IMG/VR virus record: IMGVR_UViG_3300030099_002957
Origin: an uncultured virus (IMG/VR IMGVR_UViG_3300030099_002957)
Lineage: Duplodnaviria; Heunggongvirae; Uroviricota; Caudoviricetes
DNA length: 64,000 bases
Reading direction: 5' to 3' (one strand)
In this document: piece by piece, positions 36,314-47,166 of the stretch
Layout: each line of letters opens with the position of its first letter
Position numbering within the stretch: position 1 is the stretch's first letter
Notes under the pieces: generated by a model
What the model was told of the DNA's origin: nothing
The model's input: the letters and a program-made list of their open reading frames with translations, nothing else
The model's database searches: none
Program-made: the position numbers and the translations under genes

Positions 36314-39300
36314 TGGCAGAAAAAAGATTTATAAAAGGTTTATTTAAAGATACTGGACACATTGATCAACCAGAAGGTACGTGGAGACACGCACATAATA
36401 TGGTTTTAAACTTAAAAGATGGGTCAGTTAGTAATGAAGGTGGTACTGTATTAGATGGGTTCTTAGGAACAAACCCTAGTAGAGGAGCTCAAAGTGATAA
36501 GGTTATTGGGGTTATAGAGGTTGATGATGATAGAGCTATTCTATTTGTTGTTAACGTTGTACAGAGTATAGCTACTACGGGTAATCCCCCTAGATCTGAA
36601 ATAGGGCTATGGGAAAAAGGTGTTTACTATCCTATATTTAATCCTTCTTTAGGTCCAGCAGGTAATCCTACACAATGGATAACTAATGACTTAGGGTTTA
36701 GAGAAAGTAACCCTATTAACGGTACTTTTAAAATTGACTCTAAAGGAGATCTTTTAGTATATTGGACAGACGATTTAAATCCTCCTAGAGCTTTTAATGT
36801 AGATAGACAGCTTAGAGAAAGTGGTAACGGAACTTTAGCAGGTGTAAATGTTAATATGCTGTATGGTTTAGGTCCAGCACAAATACAACATATAGATATG
36901 TTAAATCTATTTCCTTATTCAGGATCTATTCCACATATAAATATAGATGACCAAGGCACACATCAAAACTGTGTTATTGAAGGAGGAGGATTGTTAACTG
37001 GTGTATACTATTTAGCACTAGCATATGTTGATGATGATCTTGTAGCTACAAACTTTTTAACAGTTTCTAATCCTGTTCCTATTGTTGACGAATACGACTA
37101 TACATTACCTACAAATAAAAAAGATGGGGCTAAGGAAGGTAGTCAAACTACTAAGGCTATTAAGTGGGAAATATCAAATTTAAATAAAAACTATAAATAT
37201 TTAAGACCTGTAATAATAAGAAGCAAAGGAGATGCGCAAGAGGCGTTTAGGTTAAATGATATGGTATTTACAACGTCAACTACAAGTATTGTATATAGTG
37301 GATTAGAAACACAATCTACTGGATCTCCATCAGAAGTTATAATAGATACTGTATCTTACGACACAGCAAAGACTATACAACAATTAGATAATATTTTATA
37401 TATAGGTAACACTACAGGAACTAAAGATGTTGGGTATCAAAAGTATGCAAATAATATAAAGCTAAGAGCAAGGGTAGATAGAATACCAGACTTTGATATG
37501 TTTATAGCGTCAGTAGATAACCTAGAATCTGGATGGGGTTTTTACCCTGTAAATTCTTATGGTGGTAGTATTGGTAATCCAGGCCCTGTTATAGACACAC
37601 CGCATACACAATCTTACAGATATGTTCCTAATCTATTTAGTCGTAGAGGGTACATGAGAGATGAGATATATGCATTTTATATTGCATTTGTTATGAATGA
37701 TGGTAGTATGTCTTACGCATATCATATACCAGGTAGAGAAGCTTTAGGGTTTGAGAAAGAACCTGTAGACACTTTAAGTGCTAATCAGTTTGGAGGTTTA
37801 TGGGACGATATTCATAAAGTTAGTCCAGAGTTTTCTAAAAGGTTTCACTGGATAGATTCTACTGTAGACTCTATAAGTGGTCCAACATCTCCAAATCCAT
37901 ATAACGCTCTACTATATATGGGAATGAACTATTGGGAAAACGCTACAGAGTTTTATCCTGATACAGAAAACTATCAAGTTTGGGATGCACACGCTGCTGG
38001 GAACAACGGACAAATATCAACTTTGGTTAATGAAAATGTTAGACATCATCACTTTCCGTCTAACAGAAACAAAAGGATGAAGACTATATTAGATGATAAA
38101 AAATGTAGAACTGCTAAAACAGCTGGTACACAAAGTAACTTTGTATTGCATGATACTGTTTTAACTGTGTATGATACAACTGGTAATTATTTAGGTAATC
38201 TTAGTTCTTCATCTTGGAAAAAACAAAGATTTACAAATTTAAATGGTTCAGGATCAGTTCCTAATTCTAATAATACTGCAGACGCTTTAGCGTGTTGGAG
38301 TACTGATACATTTACTGCAGACTCTCCTATGAGGATAAGAGTTAAATTTGTTCAATGGTGGGAGCAAAATACAGGGTGGACAACAAAATCTTTTAGAACT
38401 AGAGTTAGAACTTCAGCATTAGATTGTAATGGAAACAATGTAGGTAATTGGACTATTACCGATGACACAAACAGTGCATCGCCTTTTAGTAGTGGAGGTT
38501 CTTGTGGGGGAGCTCAAACAGATGCTACTTGGGACTTTCCGGGTACTAATTTTAATTTATTTGGAGGTGGAGGTAATGCTCCTGGAGCTTGTGGTGGTGG
38601 ATGGGTAGAGCTACAGCCTGGAGATCAAGTGTGGTTAGAAACTAAAAAAAATTCATCAGGAGGTGTAGCATATGATGCAGCTACACCTAGTCAAATAAAT
38701 TGTTATGCTAGTCAAACTCAGTGTGTTCAATTTGGTGATACTATACCATGTTTTTCTGTTTTTGAAATAGAAATGAAAAGTTTAGCTTTGGGTGTTGATA
38801 CAGATGATTTACACGACGCTCAAATAAATCATGATGTGCAAAGATTAGGATTTGATTTAGAAGATATTAAAATACCACAATCAATTGCAGATAAAGTTCA
38901 AGGATTTAGAGTATACTATGCTAAAAGAAAACATTCTGATCGTACTATTTTAGGGCAGCAAATAATAATACCAGCTATGTATAGAAGAGCTTTACTTGGT
39001 GTGTGCGAAGAAGCAACATCAAGTGGTTCGTTAAATCAGGCATTACATGCAATGCAAACATTGCAAACTACACCAGAACCTTTTTATGATATGCATCCAT
39101 ATGCAGACACATGGACAAGGTATCCTATAATGCCTTACTATAGTGAAAATGGAACAAATGATCCTGTAGGACCTATTGTAGAAGATGAAAGAGGTATGAA
39201 TGTATTTTCTTTTCATGATTTTTATTTACAAAGAACTAAGAATAGTTTAGCTGCAGCAACACATATAGATATACAATACTATGTTCATAATTTAGCTTGG

Positions 39301-41889
39301 AATGGATCAGCTACGCAACAAGATAAAAGAATGAATACACGGTTGATGAATGATCCTAATAGTACTAGTGATACTGTTAAAGTAAAAGAAATATGGGGTT
39401 GGGATGCAGATCAGAACTGTTATCCACAAGATGTAGCTACAGCTGTTTTTATGGGGTGTGAATATGTAACACCGTCAGCAAGAACACAACCTAGATTGTT
39501 AGGACAAAAAGCTAAAACATATATATTAGGTGATACTATATTTAAAGGAGATGCTTTAGGGTTTGGTGGTAAACTATTTAATGAGTTTGGAGAAAGTGCT
39601 ATTACTTTTAGACTTATGGATAACCATGCAATAAGCGCATATAAAGTTAGAAGTATGCCTTATAGTAACACTATTGGGTACTTCTTTGATACGTATGGAG
39701 CTGGTGCACCTGAATTAGAAAATGGTCATTATGGTAGACCTCATGATGGTTGGCACATATTAACAACTACTTTAGATGCTGCAGGTAATTTTAATGGGAC
39801 AGGAACACACAGTCATAAATATAGAAGTATGTCTGCAATGGTTAATTTAAAAGCTTATAAAACAGATGTATATAAATCTATTGATAATCAAGAATTAGTG
39901 TGGACTGGGTTTGAGGTTTTAGGCGCTGAGCTACAAGAGTATGTATTTGATAAAGATGGGACTATGCAAGGAAGTGGTAATACAATAGATACTCATCCTG
40001 AAGGCATTTATGGCGGAGACGCACATATATGTAGACATGGTATTACTCCTACATTAAAGCCTAGTAATGATGTATCATCATCTGTTCCTATGAGAGCAAT
40101 ACATTATCATATAGTAGAAAGTACTGATAATATTAACTTTAGATATAGTGATTCTGATGATAGTTTATATTTTCCAAATAGTGTATCTAAATTAATACTT
40201 AGAGAGTCTGGTACTAAAGATTTTCATCATTTTGATAATATAAAGTACAATGATAATTACTCTGAATTAAATAGTATAAGACCTGCATTCCCACTACCAG
40301 TTAGAGATGTAATACAAGATGATTTTGCTACTAGAGTACACAGAAGTGCTAAGCATGACACTACAAGTTTAATAGATAATTATAGAATATTCTTAGCTAA
40401 TCAATTTAAAGACTTACCTAAAAATAGAGGAGACTTATGGAAGTTATCATCGTTTAATAATTTATTATACTTCCACATGGAAGAAAGTTTATTTGCTGCA
40501 CAAGGTAAGCAACAAATGCAAATGAAAGATGGTAGTGAAGCTTTTATAGGAAGTGGAGATATATTTGCACAAGAACCAAATGAGTTAATACAAACAGATG
40601 GAGGTTTTGGTGGAACACAATCTCATTACGCTGCTATAACTACAAGGTATGGATATTTCTTTGTAGATGCTGCTTCTAATAAAGTCTTTATGATGAAGGA
40701 CAGTATATTAGAAATAAGCGCTATAGGTATGGATGAGTGGTTTAAAGATAATTTAAATTTTGAGTTAGACAACTATGGCTTAAATGCTGCTTGTGTTTTA
40801 GATAATCCTATAATAGGGTTTGGTTATCATGCTATATACGATCCTAAATTTAAACGTATCATACTAACTAAAAGAGAGTTTACACCAACACAAAAATTTA
40901 TAGATGGTTGGGAAGCATCAGGAACAGGTGTGCAACCTTGTCCTGCATATCCAGAAGGTAAAATTAGATTTAATTCACAAATATGTAGGTATGAAGTTTG
41001 GGGTCCACTAAAAGGCGGAGGATGTGGCTGGAGAACTATTGAGTTTACATGCAGTAGTAGCTTTTTTAATTGTGGAGGATTTACTATATCATATTATCCT
41101 GAGTTAGGTATATGGGGTAGTTTCCATGACTATATTCCTTATATATATTTTAATACATCTACAGAGTTTTATTCTTTAACAGACAAATATCCAAGACCTG
41201 TGTGGGCTGCTGGTACTAATGTTACGAGCCACTTAGGAACAACTTTTGGTAATGCTGGTATATGGAAACACAACTCAACAGAAGCTCATGGTATATACTA
41301 CCAAGAATGGAAAGATGTTACAGGTAATATAACTCAAGAAGAGTGGTTAACAACTGTTGATTACTATGATTTTGCAATTGAGTTTATACACAATGAATAT
41401 AAAACAGAAGACACCTTATTGAGTTCTTTTGGTTATACCTTAGAAACAATTAACCAAGAAAATATAAGTGTGTTAGAAAATGGATTTACATCATTTTTTG
41501 TATACAATACATTCCAGATCTCTGGAGAAAATAATTTAGAGTATTTAATAAATACTAGACGTATAGGTAATAACTGGAAAGTAAATAGATTTAGAGACAT
41601 GGCTGCTGCCGCTCTTAATACAAATAATTACTATATGTCTACTAACATTAATGTTACAGGAGGAACTAACGTTGGAACTGTAACGACTTCTAATGTACAA
41701 AATATGTTTATATATAATGGTATGAGTAAAACTGTTAATGCTGCATACCTAGATTTAACTAAAAATTGGAACTTACAAAGAAAATTTATAGATAAATGGG
41801 TAGGAATACGATTAATCTATAACAATATTTCAAATAATTCCTTAAATTTGTACGGCACTTCTACGGCTGTACGTAAAATGCATAGATAA
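36313..41889 (+). CDS. Tail stabilization/muzzle protein
   Basis: 1858 aa; VYWTDDLNPPRAFN, GYMRDEIYAFYIAF, YGYFFVD, YDPKFKRIILTK, TISYYPELGIWGSFHDY match the crAss stabilization protein. Confidence 0.85.
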   Translation: MAEKRFIKGLFKDTGHIDQPEGTWRHAHNMVLNLKDGSVSNEGGTVLDGFLGTNPSRGAQSDKVIGVIEVDDDRAILFVVNVVQSIATTGNPPRSEIGLWEKGVYYPIFNPSLGPAGNPTQWITNDLGFRESNPINGTFKIDSKGDLLVYWTDDLNPPRAFNVDRQLRESGNGTLAGVNVNMLYGLGPAQIQHIDMLNLFPYSGSIPHINIDDQGTHQNCVIEGGGLLTGVYYLALAYVDDDLVATNFLTVSNPVPIVDEYDYTLPTNKKDGAKEGSQTTKAIKWEISNLNKNYKYLRPVIIRSKGDAQEAFRLNDMVFTTSTTSIVYSGLETQSTGSPSEVIIDTVSYDTAKTIQQLDNILYIGNTTGTKDVGYQKYANNIKLRARVDRIPDFDMFIASVDNLESGWGFYPVNSYGGSIGNPGPVIDTPHTQSYRYVPNLFSRRGYMRDEIYAFYIAFVMNDGSMSYAYHIPGREALGFEKEPVDTLSANQFGGLWDDIHKVSPEFSKRFHWIDSTVDSISGPTSPNPYNALLYMGMNYWENATEFYPDTENYQVWDAHAAGNNGQISTLVNENVRHHHFPSNRNKRMKTILDDKKCRTAKTAGTQSNFVLHDTVLTVYDTTGNYLGNLSSSSWKKQRFTNLNGSGSVPNSNNTADALACWSTDTFTADSPMRIRVKFVQWWEQNTGWTTKSFRTRVRTSALDCNGNNVGNWTITDDTNSASPFSSGGSCGGAQTDATWDFPGTNFNLFGGGGNAPGACGGGWVELQPGDQVWLETKKNSSGGVAYDAATPSQINCYASQTQCVQFGDTIPCFSVFEIEMKSLALGVDTDDLHDAQINHDVQRLGFDLEDIKIPQSIADKVQGFRVYYAKRKHSDRTILGQQIIIPAMYRRALLGVCEEATSSGSLNQALHAMQTLQTTPEPFYDMHPYADTWTRYPIMPYYSENGTNDPVGPIVEDERGMNVFSFHDFYLQRTKNSLAAATHIDIQYYVHNLAWNGSATQQDKRMNTRLMNDPNSTSDTVKVKEIWGWDADQNCYPQDVATAVFMGCEYVTPSARTQPRLLGQKAKTYILGDTIFKGDALGFGGKLFNEFGESAITFRLMDNHAISAYKVRSMPYSNTIGYFFDTYGAGAPELENGHYGRPHDGWHILTTTLDAAGNFNGTGTHSHKYRSMSAMVNLKAYKTDVYKSIDNQELVWTGFEVLGAELQEYVFDKDGTMQGSGNTIDTHPEGIYGGDAHICRHGITPTLKPSNDVSSSVPMRAIHYHIVESTDNINFRYSDSDDSLYFPNSVSKLILRESGTKDFHHFDNIKYNDNYSELNSIRPAFPLPVRDVIQDDFATRVHRSAKHDTTSLIDNYRIFLANQFKDLPKNRGDLWKLSSFNNLLYFHMEESLFAAQGKQQMQMKDGSEAFIGSGDIFAQEPNELIQTDGGFGGTQSHYAAITTRYGYFFVDAASNKVFMMKDSILEISAIGMDEWFKDNLNFELDNYGLNAACVLDNPIIGFGYHAIYDPKFKRIILTKREFTPTQKFIDGWEASGTGVQPCPAYPEGKIRFNSQICRYEVWGPLKGGGCGWRTIEFTCSSSFFNCGGFTISYYPELGIWGSFHDYIPYIYFNTSTEFYSLTDKYPRPVWAAGTNVTSHLGTTFGNAGIWKHNSTEAHGIYYQEWKDVTGNITQEEWLTTVDYYDFAIEFIHNEYKTEDTLLSSFGYTLETINQENISVLENGFTSFFVYNTFQISGENNLEYLINTRRIGNNWKVNRFRDMAAAALNTNNYYMSTNINVTGGTNVGTVTTSNVQNMFIYNGMSKTVNAAYLDLTKNWNLQRKFIDKWVGIRLIYNNISNNSLNLYGTSTAVRKMHR
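41843..41850 (+). promoter_or_regulatory. Possible internal -7 element (TAaaTTTG) for the cargo genes
   Basis: Consensus match 40 nt before the ATG at 41891; chance occurrence in AT-rich DNA is possible. Confidence 0.3.
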
Positions 41890-41890
41890 T

Positions 41891-43108
41891 ATGAAGAAAA
41901 AGAATAAGAAAAGAAGTTACAAATCCAAATATAAAATTAAAAAATATGCCGCTGCAGGAATGTACAATGATAATACTGTGGCAGGTGCAGGACAGTCTGC
42001 AATGAATTCTACAGCTAATATTGTTTTCCAAGAAAGCGATCCTAATATTTTAAAATCTAAACTTGATCAATTAGAGCAAGCTAAAAAAGATGCTATGGCA
42101 ACTAGTGAACAAACTGCATCTGACTTAGCAGCTCAAGATCAGGCAGACCAGCAAAGTATTGCTGCAGCTGCAGCAGAAGAGGAACAAAAGTTTCAAAAGG
42201 GAGAAGCTTTACTTCAGCAAGGAAAACAAGCCTATGAAAAATTCTCAGAAATAGGATCAAATATAGCAAGTAATAAAGCACAAAAACTGGCAGCTGAAAA
42301 AGCAGCACAGTCTATAGCAGGAGAACAGTTTGGTAATTTAGCTAGACAACAAAGTGCAGAAGAGGTTAGTAAAATACTAGCTGATCAAACAGTTCAAAAA
42401 GGAGCAGAACTAAGTTTAAGTGGAAGCACAGGCGGATCGTCAAGTATATTAAGTTCTTTTGGTGGTACAACACCAGGGATAACCCCTCCAGGTGTAACAG
42501 CCCCAGTACAAACATTAGGTAGTGAAGCTGTTAAGACAGGTGCTACACAGGCTGGAGCAGAGGTTGGTAAAGAAGTTGTTAAACAAGGTGCTGGTAAATT
42601 TGCAGGCGTAGGTGGAGCAGGGGCAGCAGGTACTAGTGGATTTGCTAAGTTTGCTACATCAGGAGCTGGTATTGGGACTATTGCATCTATTGCTGGTACA
42701 GGTATTAAAATGTTGTCAGATGATAATGATCCTACTAAGTCTAACTTTGGGGAGTATTCAGGAGCAATATTGTCATCGGCAGGTACAGGTGCTAGTATAG
42801 GATCTTTCTTAGGACCTGTAGGTACAGCAGTTGGTGCAGGTGTAGGGGCTATATATGGAGCAGGTAAACAATTTTTTGCAACTAAAAAAGCTAAAAAAGA
42901 AGCAGATAGATTAGCTAGAATAAGAAAGAAAAAAGTTGCAGACTATAATAAAAAGGTTACTGAGCAAGTTTCTTCTGCAATGGCACAGGCAAGAGCTGGA
43001 GAGTTAGAGCAAAAAACATATTCAGGATATGACTTAGGTAGAAACGTTGTGGCTAGAAATGGTGGTATGAGAATGGGTATCCCTAGATATGGTTTTAAAA
43101 TGGCATAA
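41891..43108 (+). CDS. Putative ejected cargo (DNA pilot-like) protein with glycine-zipper TM segments
   Basis: Basic N-terminus, Ala/Gln coiled coil, GASIGSFLGPVGTAVGAGVGAIYG, C-terminal ARNGG. Confidence 0.7.
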   Translation: MKKKNKKRSYKSKYKIKKYAAAGMYNDNTVAGAGQSAMNSTANIVFQESDPNILKSKLDQLEQAKKDAMATSEQTASDLAAQDQADQQSIAAAAAEEEQKFQKGEALLQQGKQAYEKFSEIGSNIASNKAQKLAAEKAAQSIAGEQFGNLARQQSAEEVSKILADQTVQKGAELSLSGSTGGSSSILSSFGGTTPGITPPGVTAPVQTLGSEAVKTGATQAGAEVGKEVVKQGAGKFAGVGGAGAAGTSGFAKFATSGAGIGTIASIAGTGIKMLSDDNDPTKSNFGEYSGAILSSAGTGASIGSFLGPVGTAVGAGVGAIYGAGKQFFATKKAKKEADRLARIRKKKVADYNKKVTEQVSSAMAQARAGELEQKTYSGYDLGRNVVARNGGMRMGIPRYGFKMA

Positions 43109-43119
43109 AAATATATAAT

Positions 43120-44796
43120 ATGAGAAATAGAATATTACAAAGATTAGAAAATAAAAAAAGAATGCGTCATGGTGGTATGCATATGTATAAATATAACATG
43201 GGCGGTATGCAACAATTACCTGGAGGAATGGCAGCACAAATACCTGGAACAGATGCTGTAGAGTTTATAGGTCAAAGTCATGATGATGGGGGTATAATGG
43301 TAGATCCACAAACAGAAGTAGAGGGCGGAGAAACTATGGACCAAGTTACTATGAAAAAAGGTGGATTAAAAGACTACTTTTTTTCCGACCATTTAAAAGA
43401 AGGTGGAGTTCCTTATGCGCAGCTTCATAAAAATATATTAGCTATGGGTGGTACTCAGGAAGATATAGACTATTTAGCTAGAATGCAAGAGAAGAAAGCT
43501 GGTAGAGATCCTAACAAAGTACAGATGGCGGAGCTTGGTGGTGTAATGCAGTATGATGAAGGTGGTCCTAAAGAAGGTAGATACCCTGTAGCATCTTATG
43601 AAACTTATGGTGATTTAGAAGGTGAACTTGGTACAGTTGCTGATTATCAACCAGGTCTTGTAGTTAATGGGGTGCAGATGTATGCAGATAAAGATGATAA
43701 AGCATTTAGAGATCTTATAAAAGGTCAAGGTGCAGGAGATGCTTGGTTTGGTAATGTAAATGCTGAGGTTTTACAAAATGCGGGTATTACTAGCTTTGCT
43801 GATATGAATAGTAAAAAGAATGTATTGAGGTATCAACAAGAATGGAACAAACTAAATCCAGACAATAAGATTGATGAAGATGGTTTGTTTGGAGAACAGA
43901 CATTTAGAACAGCTTACAAGCCAAAAGACGACCCAGAACCAGATCCAGTAGAGCCAGAAGATCCAGGGGATGAGCCAGAAATAGATGACGGCTCAGGTAC
44001 AGATATAGATCCAGAGCCAGTACCAACAAAGAAAAAGAAAGACTTTTTAGGAACTGCAATAGGTCTAGGTGCCATGATACCTGCTGTTTCAGCATTTATG
44101 GATAACCCTGATTATATGGAAAGCCCAGATCTTACAACTCCTGGTGTTGTTAAGGCAGAAAGAGTTGCTAAACAACATTTAGATAGAGTTGACTTTAATG
44201 ATCAGATAGCACGTAATGCAAATGACGCAACTGCTATGCAAAAATATATTGAAACGTCTGGTGGAGGTCCTGCTAGTATGTCAAATAAAATGGCAGCTTA
44301 TGCACAAAAACAACAAGGAGATAGAGAAATAAAAGCACAAGAGGCTAAAGCAAATATTGCAATAGCTAATCAAGAGGCGATGATGGATAATAAAAGAAAA
44401 GTATTTAACTCACAAGCAGCTCTTGATGCTAGTAAATTTAATGTTAGTTCTCAACAAAAGGCAGAGGTTGAAAATACTAGAAATAAAATGTATGTTGACG
44501 AGTTTAATAGGGCTGCTGATGCTGCAACTAAAGATAGGAAATTAATGGCAGTACAGTATGGTATTGACACTTTAGCTACATTACATAGAGATAGAAAAAT
44601 GAATGAAGCTCAAGATAATCTTACGGCAGCTATAGATGGGCAGAGAGGCACAATGCAAAGATTTTTAGATGCCCAAGCAGGTATTACAAACAACTCAACC
44701 ACTACGGGTACAGAGGAATCAACAGAAACTACAACTACAGCTAGAAGGGGTGGTTATAGAAGCATGAAGAAAAAAAGAAATAAATATGGCAAATAA
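43120..44796 (+). CDS. Putative ejected cargo protein
   Basis: GQSHDDGGI..EVEGGET..FFSDHL motif, many xxGG motifs, IDEDGLFGEQT (PG-binding-like), DPEP acidic linker, coiled coil. Confidence 0.7.
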   Translation: MRNRILQRLENKKRMRHGGMHMYKYNMGGMQQLPGGMAAQIPGTDAVEFIGQSHDDGGIMVDPQTEVEGGETMDQVTMKKGGLKDYFFSDHLKEGGVPYAQLHKNILAMGGTQEDIDYLARMQEKKAGRDPNKVQMAELGGVMQYDEGGPKEGRYPVASYETYGDLEGELGTVADYQPGLVVNGVQMYADKDDKAFRDLIKGQGAGDAWFGNVNAEVLQNAGITSFADMNSKKNVLRYQQEWNKLNPDNKIDEDGLFGEQTFRTAYKPKDDPEPDPVEPEDPGDEPEIDDGSGTDIDPEPVPTKKKKDFLGTAIGLGAMIPAVSAFMDNPDYMESPDLTTPGVVKAERVAKQHLDRVDFNDQIARNANDATAMQKYIETSGGGPASMSNKMAAYAQKQQGDREIKAQEAKANIAIANQEAMMDNKRKVFNSQAALDASKFNVSSQQKAEVENTRNKMYVDEFNRAADAATKDRKLMAVQYGIDTLATLHRDRKMNEAQDNLTAAIDGQRGTMQRFLDAQAGITNNSTTTGTEESTETTTTARRGGYRSMKKKRNKYGK

Positions 44797-47155
44797 ATAT
44801 AGTAGGTATGAACTAAGACCTTTTCAAAGTATGTATGTGGACAACAAACAGCCACAGATTGCAATGCTATTGTCACAAAGGTATGACCAGAATAAACAGT
44901 CTAAAGATCTTATAGATAGAACTTTATCCCAAATGCAACTTTTAGATGGAGACAAAGTTCATGGCGAACGTGTAAAAGGAGAGGTTAAGAATATGCTCAA
45001 AAAGCATATAGATAGAGGGGACTGGGAAAACTCTACACTTGTAATGCAAGATGCTACAAACTTAGTTAGCACAGATGCAGGCCTTCTTGCAGCTAATGAG
45101 TCGTTTAAGGTTAGGCAGGCTGAAATACAAGCTATAAGAGAAGCTAAACTCAACGGTATACCTATGATTGATTTTGGGTCAGAAATGAGAAAGACACACG
45201 AGTCTTATTTTTACGATGGAGAAACTGATACATATATAACTAATATATATGAGCCTATGGCTGAAAAAATGCTAGACTATAGAACTAGAAAAGAAAGAAT
45301 GATAGGTAAGATACCTGCAGATCAAAGAGGTAACTGGATGGGAATTGGTAGAGGTAAGACTAACAAAATAGCTAACATGATGGTTGAGCAGTATATATCA
45401 GACACGCATGAAGGGGCACAAGAGTTTAGAAAATTAGTAGAAATAGATTTACCACAAACACTGCCTATAGAAGAAAGAACTAGGCTTGCTAAAAATGCTA
45501 TATTAGAAGATTTTAAAGAAGTTGCACAACAGCAAGAATTTAACAAAGTAACTGGTACTGCATCTGGCGGCGGCGGTGGTGGCGGTGCATTAGGATTAAA
45601 GAATGGACTAGCCTTCTTAAGTTCAGAAAGTACTCAAGTTAGCACAAGGTTTGATCAGTTTGATGATAAGGTAAAAGGATTAAATGCTGAAAACTTGGCA
45701 CTAGTAAAACAATTAGAAAACTCAGATCTTACTCAAGAAGATAGAGATAAAATTAGTAATAACATTAAAAACAATAATGAGATTATTAAAATGCAACTTA
45801 AGAAAGCTGCAGACGAAAATGGAGTAGAAGGAAAACGTGCATACGATAAGTTCTTAAAACTTGAAGGAAGGTTTGATGAGTTTGGTGAAGATGGTCAAAA
45901 ACTATTTGCATTGACACAATATTTAACATATGGTAACTCTGGTGGCGATACTGATTGGGGTAGACTATTAACAAACACAGCTATTGGTGCTGGTACTGGT
46001 GCTGTTGCAGGAGCTCCTTTTGCTGTTGTTGGAGCTGTACCAGGTGCTATAGGTGTTGGTGGTACAACTTTTCTTGTTGACGCACTAGAACAACTAAGTG
46101 AGTTTAGAAATGTTAGAGACTTTATGAGAAGACAAGAGCCTTTACTACACAAAGCTTTAGGAGATAGTGAGAGAGACCAGTTGGCTGAAGAGCTTTGGGG
46201 AGATGAAGATTTAGGAGATATGAGTGTAAATAAAATTAATAAAAGGCTTGGCACTAACTTTAATCAAAAAGATATAGAAGAGCTTTACAAAATGACTAAT
46301 GCTTACTATACTTTTATGACTAAAAAGGGTAATGAAAAGAAAGGTAATCAAAGATTGTCAGGAGATGAAATGTTCCAAATATTTGCAGAAGAAGACTTAA
46401 TAGCTACTCAACCTCTTATTGGTTTTGATTCTTCTAAAGAAGGTAAAGAGATGAGAAACAATACATCTAGCTTTGTAAAAAATAATTTAAAATTATTAAG
46501 CTCTGGTTTAACTTCTGACGGTATGTTAAATGAAGGTGCTATTAATGATTGGATTGAAGAGGGTGAAGGAAATTTAATCTTTCAAGGTGTTAAGCCTGGA
46601 GATCTAATGAGAAACATACCTATGAAACTAAGTTTTGGTTTTGATGGGGACAATTCTGGTGGTAGCACTAGAGATTTTTATGTAACAGATCCTACAGTTA
46701 TACAGCCAGGCGGATGGGTAGCTGATATGTTAGGAAATGAATTAGGATTAAATACAACTATCTTTGATGAAAATGTTAGACAACGATTTGACGCTGAGGG
46801 TTATGATAATGTAACAGTAGCAGATTATACAAATGCACTAGCAGCAAAGCAAGTTGCATTTGCTGGAGGAACACAAGAAGATATTGCTGCAATGGATATG
46901 TTAATGCAAGATCAAATTATTCTGGATGTATTACTAAATCCTAGTGTAAACTTACAAAACTTCCCGTTTAATTCAAATGGTCAGCGTACAGTATATTCTG
47001 GAACAACTAATCAACAGATACCATTTCAAAAAGCAGATGGATCATTTAATGAGGCAGCTTGGATAGCACTAAAAGCACAACCAGACAAACTTGCTGGATT
47101 AAGAAAAACTATTTTAGAGATGTCTTTAAATAAAGCTGCAAACTTAGACTTTTAA
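44786..47155 (+). CDS. Putative ejected cargo protein
   Basis: Helical 789 aa; poly-Gly linker; glycine-zipper TM GAGTGAVAGAPFAVVGAVPGAIGVGG. Confidence 0.7.
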   Translation: MANKYSRYELRPFQSMYVDNKQPQIAMLLSQRYDQNKQSKDLIDRTLSQMQLLDGDKVHGERVKGEVKNMLKKHIDRGDWENSTLVMQDATNLVSTDAGLLAANESFKVRQAEIQAIREAKLNGIPMIDFGSEMRKTHESYFYDGETDTYITNIYEPMAEKMLDYRTRKERMIGKIPADQRGNWMGIGRGKTNKIANMMVEQYISDTHEGAQEFRKLVEIDLPQTLPIEERTRLAKNAILEDFKEVAQQQEFNKVTGTASGGGGGGGALGLKNGLAFLSSESTQVSTRFDQFDDKVKGLNAENLALVKQLENSDLTQEDRDKISNNIKNNNEIIKMQLKKAADENGVEGKRAYDKFLKLEGRFDEFGEDGQKLFALTQYLTYGNSGGDTDWGRLLTNTAIGAGTGAVAGAPFAVVGAVPGAIGVGGTTFLVDALEQLSEFRNVRDFMRRQEPLLHKALGDSERDQLAEELWGDEDLGDMSVNKINKRLGTNFNQKDIEELYKMTNAYYTFMTKKGNEKKGNQRLSGDEMFQIFAEEDLIATQPLIGFDSSKEGKEMRNNTSSFVKNNLKLLSSGLTSDGMLNEGAINDWIEEGEGNLIFQGVKPGDLMRNIPMKLSFGFDGDNSGGSTRDFYVTDPTVIQPGGWVADMLGNELGLNTTIFDENVRQRFDAEGYDNVTVADYTNALAAKQVAFAGGTQEDIAAMDMLMQDQIILDVLLNPSVNLQNFPFNSNGQRTVYSGTTNQQIPFQKADGSFNEAAWIALKAQPDKLAGLRKTILEMSLNKAANLDF

Positions 47156-47166
47156 TATAAACCAAT

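Noticed and set aside
45565..45587. GGC/GGT microsatellite
   Set aside because: Encodes an in-frame poly-Gly linker; no sign of phase variation
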